This document shows positions 27,220-36,403 of a DNA stretch of 64,000 nt, in pieces. Every line of letters begins with the position of its first letter. Position 1 is the first letter of the stretch. The notes beneath the pieces were generated by a model that had not been told where the DNA came from, did no database searches, and saw nothing but the letters and a program-made list of their open reading frames with translations. Origin of the DNA: Pirellulales bacterium (GTDB lineage Bacteria > Planctomycetota > Planctomycetia > Pirellulales > UBA1268). Made by a program: the position numbers and the translations under genes. The DNA lies in contig JBBAVS010000004.1 of NCBI GenBank assembly GCA_040397585.1, positions 717 through 64,716 of the forward strand, read 5' to 3'.

Positions 27220-27548
27220 GCAGAGCGTTGTAGGTCATGTTATGGAATGCACCGTTGCCATCCGCGGCCGCCGTCATTCGCTTAGAATTGCTGGCTTAAT
27301 ACGAAGCGTGGCGACTGCAGGCTCGATCGGGTAGCGATGAGAGGGAGGCGCGGTCGCGAGATTCTCACCAGTCAAACGCGTCGATACCCCAAGTACGTGC
27401 CGGCCTGCGAGGCACATGCCGATCGCACAATCGCATCAGAGCCGAGTGTCGCCTTGAATTGTCGTATCAATCACTGGTTTCGACACTCGAAGAATACGAA
27501 CCTTAAGACCTGGTTTGCTTACTCCCAAATTCCAAAGGAACGGCTGCA

Positions 27549-28289
27549 ATGAAGTCGGTTTTCGTGCGCCTGCTAAGTGCGCTTCGCCCCCTGAGTTTCA
27601 TCCGTCTCAGGCAATGGCCCCGATTCCTCGCGTATCGCCGTGGTTTAGGGCAAGGCGATGCGGCGTTCTATGTCCGTGAGATTGATCGCTCCCTGTTGTG
27701 CCGAGCTGGAACGACAGATGCTACCACCCTGGAACTCATCTTTTGCCTTCGTAGTCATTTGCCTCCGGAAGGCGTGCCGCCTCCAGAGGTCATAGTTGAC
27801 CTAGGCGCTAATGTGGGGTTTGCTTCAGCGCACTTTCGCCATCTCTATCCGGAGGCGGTGATCGTCGCGGTTGAACTCAATCCCGACAATGTCGACTACG
27901 CCGCCCGAAATCTTGCCAGCGCCCGCTGCGATCTCGTCAACGCAGCGATTTGGACCAACAACGGTTCCGTCCGTTGGAACGGCACAACAAAAGATGCGTT
28001 TAAGGTGGCGGCCGACGGATCTCATTCGGTAGAGGCTGTCACAATCGACAAGTTACTTGACGATCGTGGTTTACAGCGAGCGAACTTCGTAAAAATGGAT
28101 GTGGAGGGTGCCGAGTGGCAACTACTCCATAAGCCGGGTTTCCTCGATCGCATCGATTCGATCGTCATAGAGGTCCATGAGCCTGAATGGATGGTGGCGT
28201 TAGCGGAAGTTCTGGAGCAGAACGGCCTTATCGCTACTGTCTCCGCCGTTGACCCAAGCAGACTAACGGGTGTACGCCGCAGCATTTGA
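27549..28289 (+). CDS. FkbM-family methyltransferase
   Basis: VIVDLGANVGFASAHF, AVELNPDNVDYAARNL, and FVKMDVEGAEW. Confidence 0.8.
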   Translation: MKSVFVRLLSALRPLSFIRLRQWPRFLAYRRGLGQGDAAFYVREIDRSLLCRAGTTDATTLELIFCLRSHLPPEGVPPPEVIVDLGANVGFASAHFRHLYPEAVIVAVELNPDNVDYAARNLASARCDLVNAAIWTNNGSVRWNGTTKDAFKVAADGSHSVEAVTIDKLLDDRGLQRANFVKMDVEGAEWQLLHKPGFLDRIDSIVIEVHEPEWMVALAEVLEQNGLIATVSAVDPSRLTGVRRSI

Positions 28290-28450
28290 CCTAGTCTTTA
28301 CGTTCGATGTGTCGTGTCTGATTCTGCCATGAGTCGCCTGGGTATCCATCCTAGGCGCAGGCAAACTGAGAACATGCAACGCGAAAATGGAGTTGCACAG
28401 CGACGTGATCACTGAGACAGATCTCGTGATCGGTCTGATCAGTCAGGGCT

Positions 28451-30511
28451 ATGTGCGATTGGAGACCATACGTGCCGAATCACCCTGCAAGTAAACCTAG
28501 TCGTCGGTGTGCATTCCGAGACCAACAAGCACCATTCCCACTCGCATGGAGGTCAGTGCATCCAGTACCGGCAACTCTCGCGATGTTGATCTTCCTCTGC
28601 TCAACTACCGTCTTTTGCAGCGCGGGGTTTTTGGTTGGTATTCGCGTGGCTAAATGGCAGGTCGTGGCCGCTTTTCTATTCGCCGTTGGGGCAAGCTTTA
28701 TCGGACGCGGCAGCGTTAGGCAGCACGTACGCCGAGCCGCTGTGGTACTTGGTGTAATCGGGTGTGGCGTTTTCGCCTCGGGGTTGTCCGTGATGTATGC
28801 GATCCCGGATGCGGAAGGCTATCACCGCCCCGCAGCACAGATGATCGCCGACGGCTGGAACCCGGTGTTTGATGCGACACACGAGCGGCTCTCCAAACTT
28901 CTGGGACCCAATCCCGGGCTCCGGCTTTGGCACGTCGCCTATCTGCCGCGGGGCCTCTGGATCTTCAGCGCGGCGATGTACCGCGTAACGGGCTTCGTGG
29001 AATCGGGCGACGCGTTCAATGTCGTTCTGCTGGTCATCTGCTACCAGTTGATGAAGACGCTCCTCCTGCGGACGACCAGCCTCGGCGTTTGGGGCTGCAA
29101 CGCCGTCTCGCTTCTCGTATGCATCAGCCCGGTCGTGCCCTGGCAGCTATTCGGTGGCGGTAATGATGCTGCCTTCTATTTTCTCTTCATGATCTGCACG
29201 TGCGCGACCACGCTGTTTTGCATGACTGGTCGGTGGCAGTGGTTGGCCCATCTCGCCCTCGCCTTGCCATTACTGGTGAGTCTGAAGTTCTCGGGAATCA
29301 TCGTGGCATTCGCTCTGGGGCTCGTCGGCGCGTGCGCCTTGGTGCTTGGGCCATCATCGCACAGGGTTCAGCGGCTCACGCACTGGTGGCTTGCCCTCTT
29401 CCACGCCGGGGCGATCGGGGCCGTCATCGGGTTCTCGCCGTATGTGACCAACTGGGTGAACCACGGCGGGCCTTTCTATCCCAAGAGTTCGTTCGATAAG
29501 CGCGTTGTCGCGGAAGATCGGATCACCTATGACTTTCAGGACATGAACGACGACGCCCGACGGATGGGCTGGATTGGGCGGTTCTGCAGCGCGTATGTAT
29601 CTGACACCTTGGCCCAGGAGTATTACCAACGGACGGTGCGTCCCGACTTCGATCCGGTCATCCGCGTCAATGGCGGAGTCAAGGGATTCGGTGTGGTGTT
29701 CCGCGTCGCGTTTTTGCTCTCACTGGTAGCGCTGGCCTGTTTTCCGATGGGCTGGCTGCGACTTCCCATCGCAATAATCCTTTTGACCGTGGCCATGCAG
29801 CCATGGGAATATGTGGGGTACGCCCGGTACGTTAGCCAGTTTTATGCCCTGCCGCTGTTGGTTCTTGCCGGGGTGCTAAGTCACGTTCGATCGACGGGAC
29901 TGTTTCGTCAGCGATATCCCGTTGTTTGGGAGTTCCTGCCGACCGCCAGCCTCACAGTCGCGCTCGTGGCGTATGCGATACCACTCTGCATCGCATCGTG
30001 CAGTTGGCTCGCTTTACAATGGATCGTGTCGGTGCAGAATCTCGAGATCCTCGAAGCCATGAAGAGGGACGACAATCCACAGGTCTTCGCTGGCACGTTC
30101 TATGCCCGGCGTTCGCTGGACGGCGATTCAGGGGTGTCGGGCATACGCTTCCTCGACTTATCGCATGCGGATCGCGACCAACACGGCATCTATCATGTTC
30201 GTGACATGCCGGGGTACACCGCCTGCTCATCTTATTTCGACATGTACACCTATTTCAGCCCCCAGGACCTGCCTGGTCTGCCGCGGCTGACGCATGTACT
30301 GTCAAGGGACGATCCCGAGGTGAAGGCCTCGAGAGATCGACGAAACGCCGAGTTCTTCCTGCGAGAGTTCCTGCCAAAGCAAGTCTTTCGCCTGCCGCGA
30401 TACCTATGGCGCGTACTGCGGCTTCGGGCTGAGCAGTTCAGCCGCGCATGGTCGCGACACAACACCGCTCAACCGCTCGAGCCCCAACTGCAACTCGCCC
30501 CAGCCGCCTGA
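28451..30511 (+). CDS. Large polytopic membrane protein with a soluble C-terminal part; candidate GT-C-type glycosyltransferase or polymerase. Start may be ATG 28583
   Basis: More than 10 hydrophobic segments over about 480 aa, then a hydrophilic tail. It lies next to a polyprenyl-phosphate sugar synthase-like GT2. I recognise no diagnostic motif. Confidence 0.4.
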   Translation: MCDWRPYVPNHPASKPSRRCAFRDQQAPFPLAWRSVHPVPATLAMLIFLCSTTVFCSAGFLVGIRVAKWQVVAAFLFAVGASFIGRGSVRQHVRRAAVVLGVIGCGVFASGLSVMYAIPDAEGYHRPAAQMIADGWNPVFDATHERLSKLLGPNPGLRLWHVAYLPRGLWIFSAAMYRVTGFVESGDAFNVVLLVICYQLMKTLLLRTTSLGVWGCNAVSLLVCISPVVPWQLFGGGNDAAFYFLFMICTCATTLFCMTGRWQWLAHLALALPLLVSLKFSGIIVAFALGLVGACALVLGPSSHRVQRLTHWWLALFHAGAIGAVIGFSPYVTNWVNHGGPFYPKSSFDKRVVAEDRITYDFQDMNDDARRMGWIGRFCSAYVSDTLAQEYYQRTVRPDFDPVIRVNGGVKGFGVVFRVAFLLSLVALACFPMGWLRLPIAIILLTVAMQPWEYVGYARYVSQFYALPLLVLAGVLSHVRSTGLFRQRYPVVWEFLPTASLTVALVAYAIPLCIASCSWLALQWIVSVQNLEILEAMKRDDNPQVFAGTFYARRSLDGDSGVSGIRFLDLSHADRDQHGIYHVRDMPGYTACSSYFDMYTYFSPQDLPGLPRLTHVLSRDDPEVKASRDRRNAEFFLREFLPKQVFRLPRYLWRVLRLRAEQFSRAWSRHNTAQPLEPQLQLAPAA

Positions 30512-30585
30512 CTGCGTTGCAGCGTGCGGCTCTCACGGGCCGACACGGATCCAGAGCCATTTCCTTCTACATTCGGAACGAGATC

Positions 30586-31542
30586 ATGATCACCGACGAC
30601 CCAAAAACCGTATCCGCGCGACAGCCACGCATCGCCGTGCTCCTACCCTGCTACAACGAGCGGCTGACCATCGAGCGCGTCGTACGGGATTTCCGTACAG
30701 CTCTGCCCGAGGCCGAGATCTGGGTGTTTGATAACAACTCGACCGACGGGAGCCTTGAGCTCGCCCGGGCGGCCGGGGCACACGTCAGACGCGTCACTCA
30801 GCAGGGCAAGGGGCACGTGGTCCGCCGCATGTTTCAGGATGTCGATGCCGACTGCTACCTGATGGCCGACAGCGATGACACCTACCCCGCTGATGCCGCC
30901 CGCGCGTTGATCGGCCCCGTGCTGGCGGGCGAAGCCGACATGGTGATCGGTGACCGTCTTTCGAGCACGTACGCGGCAGAGAATAAGCGACGGTTCCACG
31001 GGTTTGGAAACTGGCTGGTGTGTGGCCTTATCGGGTGGCTGTTCAAGCAACGCGTTTCCGACGTCATGACTGGTTACCGGGCATTCGGATGGCGGTTTGC
31101 GAAGCATTGCCCAGTGCTATCGAGCGGCTTCGAGATTGAGACCGAAATGACGATCTTCGCACTCGACAAGCGCATGGCGATCGCGGAAGTGCCGATAGCG
31201 TACCGGGATCGACCGGAGGGAAGTTTCTCGAAGCTCAACACCATCTCAGACGGCTATCGTGTCATCGGTACGATTTTTGCGTTGCTGCGGAACTACCGGC
31301 CGATGTTCTTCTTCGGTTGGGTGGGGACGGCGTTGATTCTCGCAACCATCGTGCTGGCAACGCCCGTGGTCATCGAATACCTGCGAACCGGCGTTGTGCC
31401 GCGGTTTCCGACCTTCATTCTGGCGTGCACGCTGGCGATCTGCGGTGCACTGTCGGTCGTATGCGGCTTGATCCTTGCATCCACCAAGCGATATGGCGAC
31501 CAGCTGTTCGAAATCATGATGGCGCGAGATCGCCGTTCGTGA
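30586..31542 (+). CDS. GT2 polyprenyl-phosphate glycosyltransferase (GtrB/ArnC/DPM1-like) with two C-terminal TM helices
   Basis: IAVLLPCYNE, VFDNNSTDGS, MADSDDTYP, and DVMTGYRAF. The C-terminus is hydrophobic, FFFGWVGTALILATIVL...FILACTLAICGALSVVCGLIL. Confidence 0.8.
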   Translation: MITDDPKTVSARQPRIAVLLPCYNERLTIERVVRDFRTALPEAEIWVFDNNSTDGSLELARAAGAHVRRVTQQGKGHVVRRMFQDVDADCYLMADSDDTYPADAARALIGPVLAGEADMVIGDRLSSTYAAENKRRFHGFGNWLVCGLIGWLFKQRVSDVMTGYRAFGWRFAKHCPVLSSGFEIETEMTIFALDKRMAIAEVPIAYRDRPEGSFSKLNTISDGYRVIGTIFALLRNYRPMFFFGWVGTALILATIVLATPVVIEYLRTGVVPRFPTFILACTLAICGALSVVCGLILASTKRYGDQLFEIMMARDRRS

Positions 31543-33080
31543 GCAGCAAGCTGGCAGCTGGCTGGCGTCGACTGCGGGGCAGCCGGGCAGCGCGCAACGC
31601 AGCGGCGTCTTACTTCGCATTCATTTCAAACGCAGTCTGCGGGCTTGTTTCAATCCCAGTGGCGGTTCATTACCTCGACAAGCAGGAGATCGGACTTTGG
31701 GCGGTGGTAAACACGTTCGTGAGTTACCTGCTCTGGCTCGACATGGGCGTTGGGGATGCCACGGGGAGAAAGATGGCCGAGGCGATCGCCCACGATGACC
31801 CCCGGGAGGTCAACCGGTGGTGGACGACATCTGTGGTCGTGTTAGCGATTCAGGGCATGGTGATGTTTCTGGTCGCCCTTGGCGTTAGCCCTTGGCTGGG
31901 CTCTTCACTGGGGTTGAATGACGATCTTGCGGGTGAAGCCCGCTTTATGTTTCTCGGCGCGGTGGCCGTTTCGGCGGTCGGGATGCCCGTCAGGGCCTAT
32001 CCAGGCATTCTTCTGGCCCAGGAGCGGTTTCACTGGATTCCGGTTGCGCAGGGCTTCATGCCCTGGATTCACCTGGCGATCTTCGCCGCGTTGCTTCAAC
32101 GGGGCCTCGGGGTGCGCTCCTACTTGCCGGCCGTTGTGGGCAGTTGGCTCGCCGGATGGACGCTGCTCGTCGTACAGGCACACCGCGGTCGTGAGCGTTT
32201 CGCACTCGACCCACGCGGCCTCACACGCGAGCGATTGGCGTCGCTCTTTCGGTATAGCGGGTCCGTCGCCATCAACGGGATCGCCGCCACCGTCATGCAG
32301 ACGCTGCCCTCGTTGATGCTTGCCCGCATGGGAGGACTGGGTACGGTGCCGGCCTACACCTTTACCGGAGCAGGTCCCGGGATGCTCCGCACCCTGACAG
32401 CGCGGACGGCCCATGCCTTCTATCCGAACCTTCAGCGGATGTATGTCTTGCGGGAGCGGGAACGGTTTGCGAGGAAATACCAGGCCGTCAACCTGCTGGC
32501 CGTGGGCATGTCGCTCGTGGCCGCTGGAGCGGTCGTTGCAGGAAACCGCAGCCTGGTGGAGTGGCTGGCCGATGCCGACTTCTTCGCCGGCCCGCTTGCC
32601 AACGGCTGGCTGGCGGTGTCGGTGATCCTGCTATCGCTGCTTGCAAGCTTCACGGACCTTCTGCAGATCTCAGGATCGATGGGCCGAATCGCCGTCCTGA
32701 GTCTGCTCCAACTGGCCGGAGGCGTAGCCTTCACATGGCTTGGTTTCCGCTGGGCCGGCCTCGCGGGGCTCGTGGCGGCCGTTGCGCTGGTGCCGATTTC
32801 ATTCCAGGGGCTCTACGCGCTTTTTCGTGGGGCCGCAAACTGCGGCCTTCAGCCGCGGCAGCTCGCCGGATCCACCTCCATGCTGGCAGCGACCGGTTGC
32901 GTTGCAACGATCGCCCTTTCGTGGTGGCTTTCGACCCTCGCCATCGAGTCGCACGCGGTCACTCTGCTGCGCCGCACGACCCGCCTCCCGACACCGGCCG
33001 AATGGGCTGCGGGGCTCGCCGTGGCGCTGCCCGGCGCGGCGGTCATGGTGAGGCAGGTGTCGCGCCTGAGGCGGCTGTAA
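31539..33080 (+). CDS. Wzx-like oligosaccharide flippase, copy 2
   Basis: GTG start in a GTGA overlap with the upstream gene. It aligns by eye along its full length with copy 1 (for example GRKMAEAIAHDD..EVNRWWTTS, RTAHAFYPNLQRM and FTDLLQISGS are identical). Confidence 0.78.
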   Translation: MSSKLAAGWRRLRGSRAARNAAASYFAFISNAVCGLVSIPVAVHYLDKQEIGLWAVVNTFVSYLLWLDMGVGDATGRKMAEAIAHDDPREVNRWWTTSVVVLAIQGMVMFLVALGVSPWLGSSLGLNDDLAGEARFMFLGAVAVSAVGMPVRAYPGILLAQERFHWIPVAQGFMPWIHLAIFAALLQRGLGVRSYLPAVVGSWLAGWTLLVVQAHRGRERFALDPRGLTRERLASLFRYSGSVAINGIAATVMQTLPSLMLARMGGLGTVPAYTFTGAGPGMLRTLTARTAHAFYPNLQRMYVLRERERFARKYQAVNLLAVGMSLVAAGAVVAGNRSLVEWLADADFFAGPLANGWLAVSVILLSLLASFTDLLQISGSMGRIAVLSLLQLAGGVAFTWLGFRWAGLAGLVAAVALVPISFQGLYALFRGAANCGLQPRQLAGSTSMLAATGCVATIALSWWLSTLAIESHAVTLLRRTTRLPTPAEWAAGLAVALPGAAVMVRQVSRLRRL

Positions 33081-33081
33081 C

Positions 33082-33945
33082 GTGATCCCTGGGCGCCCGA
33101 GCCGCTCCATTCCTGCGGGGCGCCGTTCATCAGCAGGACGATACACGGCGGCATGGATGGCGATCACGTGCCTCGGCTGCGGCGGTGCGGACGGAGACCC
33201 TGTCGCTCACCCAGGGAATCGACCGGTCAGGCTCTATGTGGCCGCTGGGCAGTCGAATATGGTGGGGTTTGGCGCTTTTGCGGAAGCACGGCACCGCGTC
33301 CCGCATCCCTTGATCCGCTATCGATATCGATCCGACACGGGCACCGGCCTTGGGCCACTGCAGACCACCCCCCGTTTCTTTAAGCATGGCTCGATCCGGC
33401 AGGGAATCTCTGCCTTCTGCGATCGGGGAGTGGGGCCATGGTGGGCCTTTGCGCAGGAACTTGCAAAGCAGCGGTCTGATGCGGAGATTCGTATCCTGAT
33501 GGTCGCGGTCAACGGATCTTCGCTCATGGATTGGTGCCGGGACGGCGGTCTGCTCGACCAGGCGATCGAGTTCATCCGCGAAGAGACGTCGCGAGGGGCG
33601 ACGTTTGAGGGAATAATCTGGCACCAGGGCGAAGCAGGGGTCGGATCTGAGGACGGGAACTACGGCGAGATGCTGGAACAACTCATTCACAAACTTCGCT
33701 CTGAGACCGGCGCTGCCGATCTGCCATTCGTGGCCGCCACGCTGCCCGACGCGAGCCCAAACGCGGCGGAGGTCAACGCAGCCCTCGACCGGCTCGCAGC
33801 GAGTCTACCCGGATTCACCATTGTGGACGGCCCCCGTAAAACCATGTCCGACGCCGTGCATCTCGATACGGCCGCCAGCGAGTCGCTCGGGATCGCCATG
33901 GCGGAGGCTATGATGCGGTTATCAGCACCTGAAGCTGATCCCTAA
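33082..33945 (+). CDS. SASA/CE6-type carbohydrate O-acetylesterase-like protein (sialate O-acetylesterase fold)
   Basis: LYVAAGQSNMVGFG (GQSNM catalytic block), IIWHQGE, and a C-terminal DAVHLD. Confidence 0.7.
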   Translation: MIPGRPSRSIPAGRRSSAGRYTAAWMAITCLGCGGADGDPVAHPGNRPVRLYVAAGQSNMVGFGAFAEARHRVPHPLIRYRYRSDTGTGLGPLQTTPRFFKHGSIRQGISAFCDRGVGPWWAFAQELAKQRSDAEIRILMVAVNGSSLMDWCRDGGLLDQAIEFIREETSRGATFEGIIWHQGEAGVGSEDGNYGEMLEQLIHKLRSETGAADLPFVAATLPDASPNAAEVNAALDRLAASLPGFTIVDGPRKTMSDAVHLDTAASESLGIAMAEAMMRLSAPEADP

Positions 33946-34039
33946 TGGCGTTTCGATGCCGACAAGGCATACTACTTAAACCTCGTCTGACTCGAACTCG
34001 TCCCTTGTCTACTACCAATACGACTCAAATTCCGCTCGC

Positions 34040-35008
34040 ATGAACCCAGCCTCCCGCCTCGCGCTTAAGTCCCTGCGAAAACTTTACCGTGTTCTAAATC
34101 CGAACCTGCCGAACACCCATCGGGTATGGACCCTATTTTCCGTCAAGGACTACGCATCTCGCCTGATCGCGGCGGCGCTGCGAGCGCCGGAACCACTGAT
34201 GGTGGCTCGCTTTGGCTCGACGGAGATGTATTGCCTCACAAATTACTTGGGAGTGAAGCATCCGGATCGCTACAAGAACTGGCGATCGTATATCACCCGC
34301 CAGACGCCGGCGTGGTGGTGGGAGCCTCTTTCGACGTCGCGGATGTGCCATTATTCCGGATTCTTTCCCGAGGATCGGAAACTGATAGAGCAGTTCTGCG
34401 AACTCATGCTCGCCGATATTCGGGAGATCGACATCCTCGGGTCGTGGCTCGTAGCCGAGCAGTATTATTCTGCAGAACTTAAAAATGCGAAGCGCGTGGT
34501 CCTCGAGGATCTGGAGCCGTTCTTCTGCGAGCGGCCGTGGACCCATGCCCTAGCCGGGCTGAAGGTGTTGGTGGTCCATCCTTTCGACGAGACCATTCGG
34601 TCGCAGTACGCCAAACGAAGCCTCGTTTTTCCGGACGGCCTGCTCCCCGACTTTGAGCTACAGACGATCCGCGCCGTGCAAAGCCTCTGTGGCGAGCAAA
34701 CGCCGTTTCGTGATTGGTTCGACGCGCTTGACCACATGAAGAACGAAATCGCTCGCCGCGACTTTGATGTCTGTCTAATCGGCTGCGGGGCCTACGGCCT
34801 GCCGCTTGCCGCGCACGTGAAGCGGATGGGGCGGAAGGCGATTCACCTCGCAGGCTCGACGCAGCTCTTGTTTGGCATCATTGGCGGGCGTTGGGAAGAC
34901 TACATCGTCTACCCCTACATGAACCTCGTGAACGAGCACTGGGCACGGCCGGCCGCACACGAGCGCCCCAAAAATGCGAGTGCTGTGGAAAATGCCTGCT
35001 ACTGGTAG
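34040..35008 (+). CDS. Hypothetical protein, possibly a GT-D/DUF1792-like glycosyltransferase
   Basis: ARFGSTEMYCL and CLIGCGAYGLPLAAHVKRMGRKAIHLAGSTQLLFGIIGGRW resemble blocks I recall from DUF1792-type enzymes. This is a weak, memory-based call. Confidence 0.3.
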   Translation: MNPASRLALKSLRKLYRVLNPNLPNTHRVWTLFSVKDYASRLIAAALRAPEPLMVARFGSTEMYCLTNYLGVKHPDRYKNWRSYITRQTPAWWWEPLSTSRMCHYSGFFPEDRKLIEQFCELMLADIREIDILGSWLVAEQYYSAELKNAKRVVLEDLEPFFCERPWTHALAGLKVLVVHPFDETIRSQYAKRSLVFPDGLLPDFELQTIRAVQSLCGEQTPFRDWFDALDHMKNEIARRDFDVCLIGCGAYGLPLAAHVKRMGRKAIHLAGSTQLLFGIIGGRWEDYIVYPYMNLVNEHWARPAAHERPKNASAVENACYW

Positions 35009-36221
35009 AGAACCTTCGCAAGACGCGGGGGAAGGTTGTTCGTCGGAATCGACGAAACACTCACCGTCGCGGTATCATCTTCCGCTACTTGATGTCTACC
35101 GTGGCGTTGCGATCCTCTTCGTGTTTGCCCACCACGTCGTTTATTGGTCCCACGGCTTCGCCAAGATTCCATGGAGCGACCGAGGTGTGCGAAATCTTGG
35201 CGTTGCATGGCAGAACCTGGCTATTCTGCCCATGACACTTGGCCATGGTGGCGTAGCCGCTTTTTTTGTCATCAGCGGGTTCTGCATCTATCTGAGCCAC
35301 AAACGCGCTACCGAACGTGAATTAGTCAGTTGTAAGAAATCGCTTCCGGCCGCAGGCTGGGGATTGTTTTCCTGGAGGCGTTTCTGGCGAATATATCCGC
35401 CGTACATCATTGCAGGATGTCTGTTTCTGGTAACGGACGTCCTAACTGGTCAGTTGAGGGATGCTGCAAGTATTGCGAAGCAAGGCTCGACGCATGCCTT
35501 ACTGATTCATAACTTCTTCGAGGGCACGATGTATGGCATCAATCCCTCGTTCTGGAGCATCGCCGTCGAAGTCCAGTTATATGCCATCTTTCCTGCACTG
35601 TGGTGGCTCCTACGCCGCGTCGGTATGCCAAGCACGATGGCAATCGTCGCGATGATCGAACTGGTGATAAGATCTCTGGTCGCAGCCGATGTATTCCCTG
35701 TACAGGGTTCGTGGCGGTTGGTATCCCAGGGCCCGTTGGCGTACTGGTTTTCCTGGAGTCTCGGGGCGTGGTTATGCCACAACTGGCTCGGGGGACATCG
35801 TGGCATTTTGAATCGAACGCCGATCGTGGTCGGTATTGCCCTTGTCGCTGGCACCTGGTTATTTAGGGTCGCCGATGCCTTTTTTTTTACGGCCGTAGCG
35901 TTCTTGACCGCGCAGTTACTTAGCCGCCAGTTGCCGGTATTCGGAACGGCTCCATTAAGCGAGACGCATAAGATCACGAAAATACTTTCGGCGATGGGTA
36001 TTATCAGTTATAGCCTCTATCTTTTCCATCAGCCGTTGATCAGTGCTTCGCACGCCTGCTTGGTGCGTTTGGTGCCTGAAGCTTCACCTGCTTTCAAGTT
36101 GGTTGCGCTTCTTATGACGCTCGTGCCTATCGCGGCAGTGGCCTGCGCGAGCTACTTTTATCTGGAGAAGCGATCCGTGGCGTTCGGCAACTGGCTCGCA
36201 TCGCAGCTATCGATTGTATAG
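34974..36221 (+). CDS. Acyltransferase family 3 membrane O-acyltransferase (OafA/WecH-like)
   Basis: LPLLDVYRGVAILFVFAHH, FFVISGFCIYLSH, SFWSIAVEVQLYAIFP, and about 10 TM segments. Confidence 0.82.
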   Translation: MRVLWKMPATGREPSQDAGEGCSSESTKHSPSRYHLPLLDVYRGVAILFVFAHHVVYWSHGFAKIPWSDRGVRNLGVAWQNLAILPMTLGHGGVAAFFVISGFCIYLSHKRATERELVSCKKSLPAAGWGLFSWRRFWRIYPPYIIAGCLFLVTDVLTGQLRDAASIAKQGSTHALLIHNFFEGTMYGINPSFWSIAVEVQLYAIFPALWWLLRRVGMPSTMAIVAMIELVIRSLVAADVFPVQGSWRLVSQGPLAYWFSWSLGAWLCHNWLGGHRGILNRTPIVVGIALVAGTWLFRVADAFFFTAVAFLTAQLLSRQLPVFGTAPLSETHKITKILSAMGIISYSLYLFHQPLISASHACLVRLVPEASPAFKLVALLMTLVPIAAVACASYFYLEKRSVAFGNWLASQLSIV

Positions 36222-36403
36222 GACGAGGCCGGGCACAACTGTGACAACAACTCTGCTTGAAGGTTTATGGTAGTTTGTGTGCATTGCGTGGTGCACCGGA
36301 CATGGCAATCACCACGGATCCACAGCCTCCAAGGCGGGTTGAGCCTAAAGACGACATGCGAAATGACGGCCTTTTCAGTCGCCACGCGTTCGGAGGCCCA
36401 CCA

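Noticed and set aside
27337-27552. 71-aa ORF in the 329-nt AT-richer gap upstream of the FkbM gene
   Set aside because: It has no motif, poor GC3 bias compared with its neighbours, and a basic low-complexity start. It is more likely non-coding spacer or promoter DNA.
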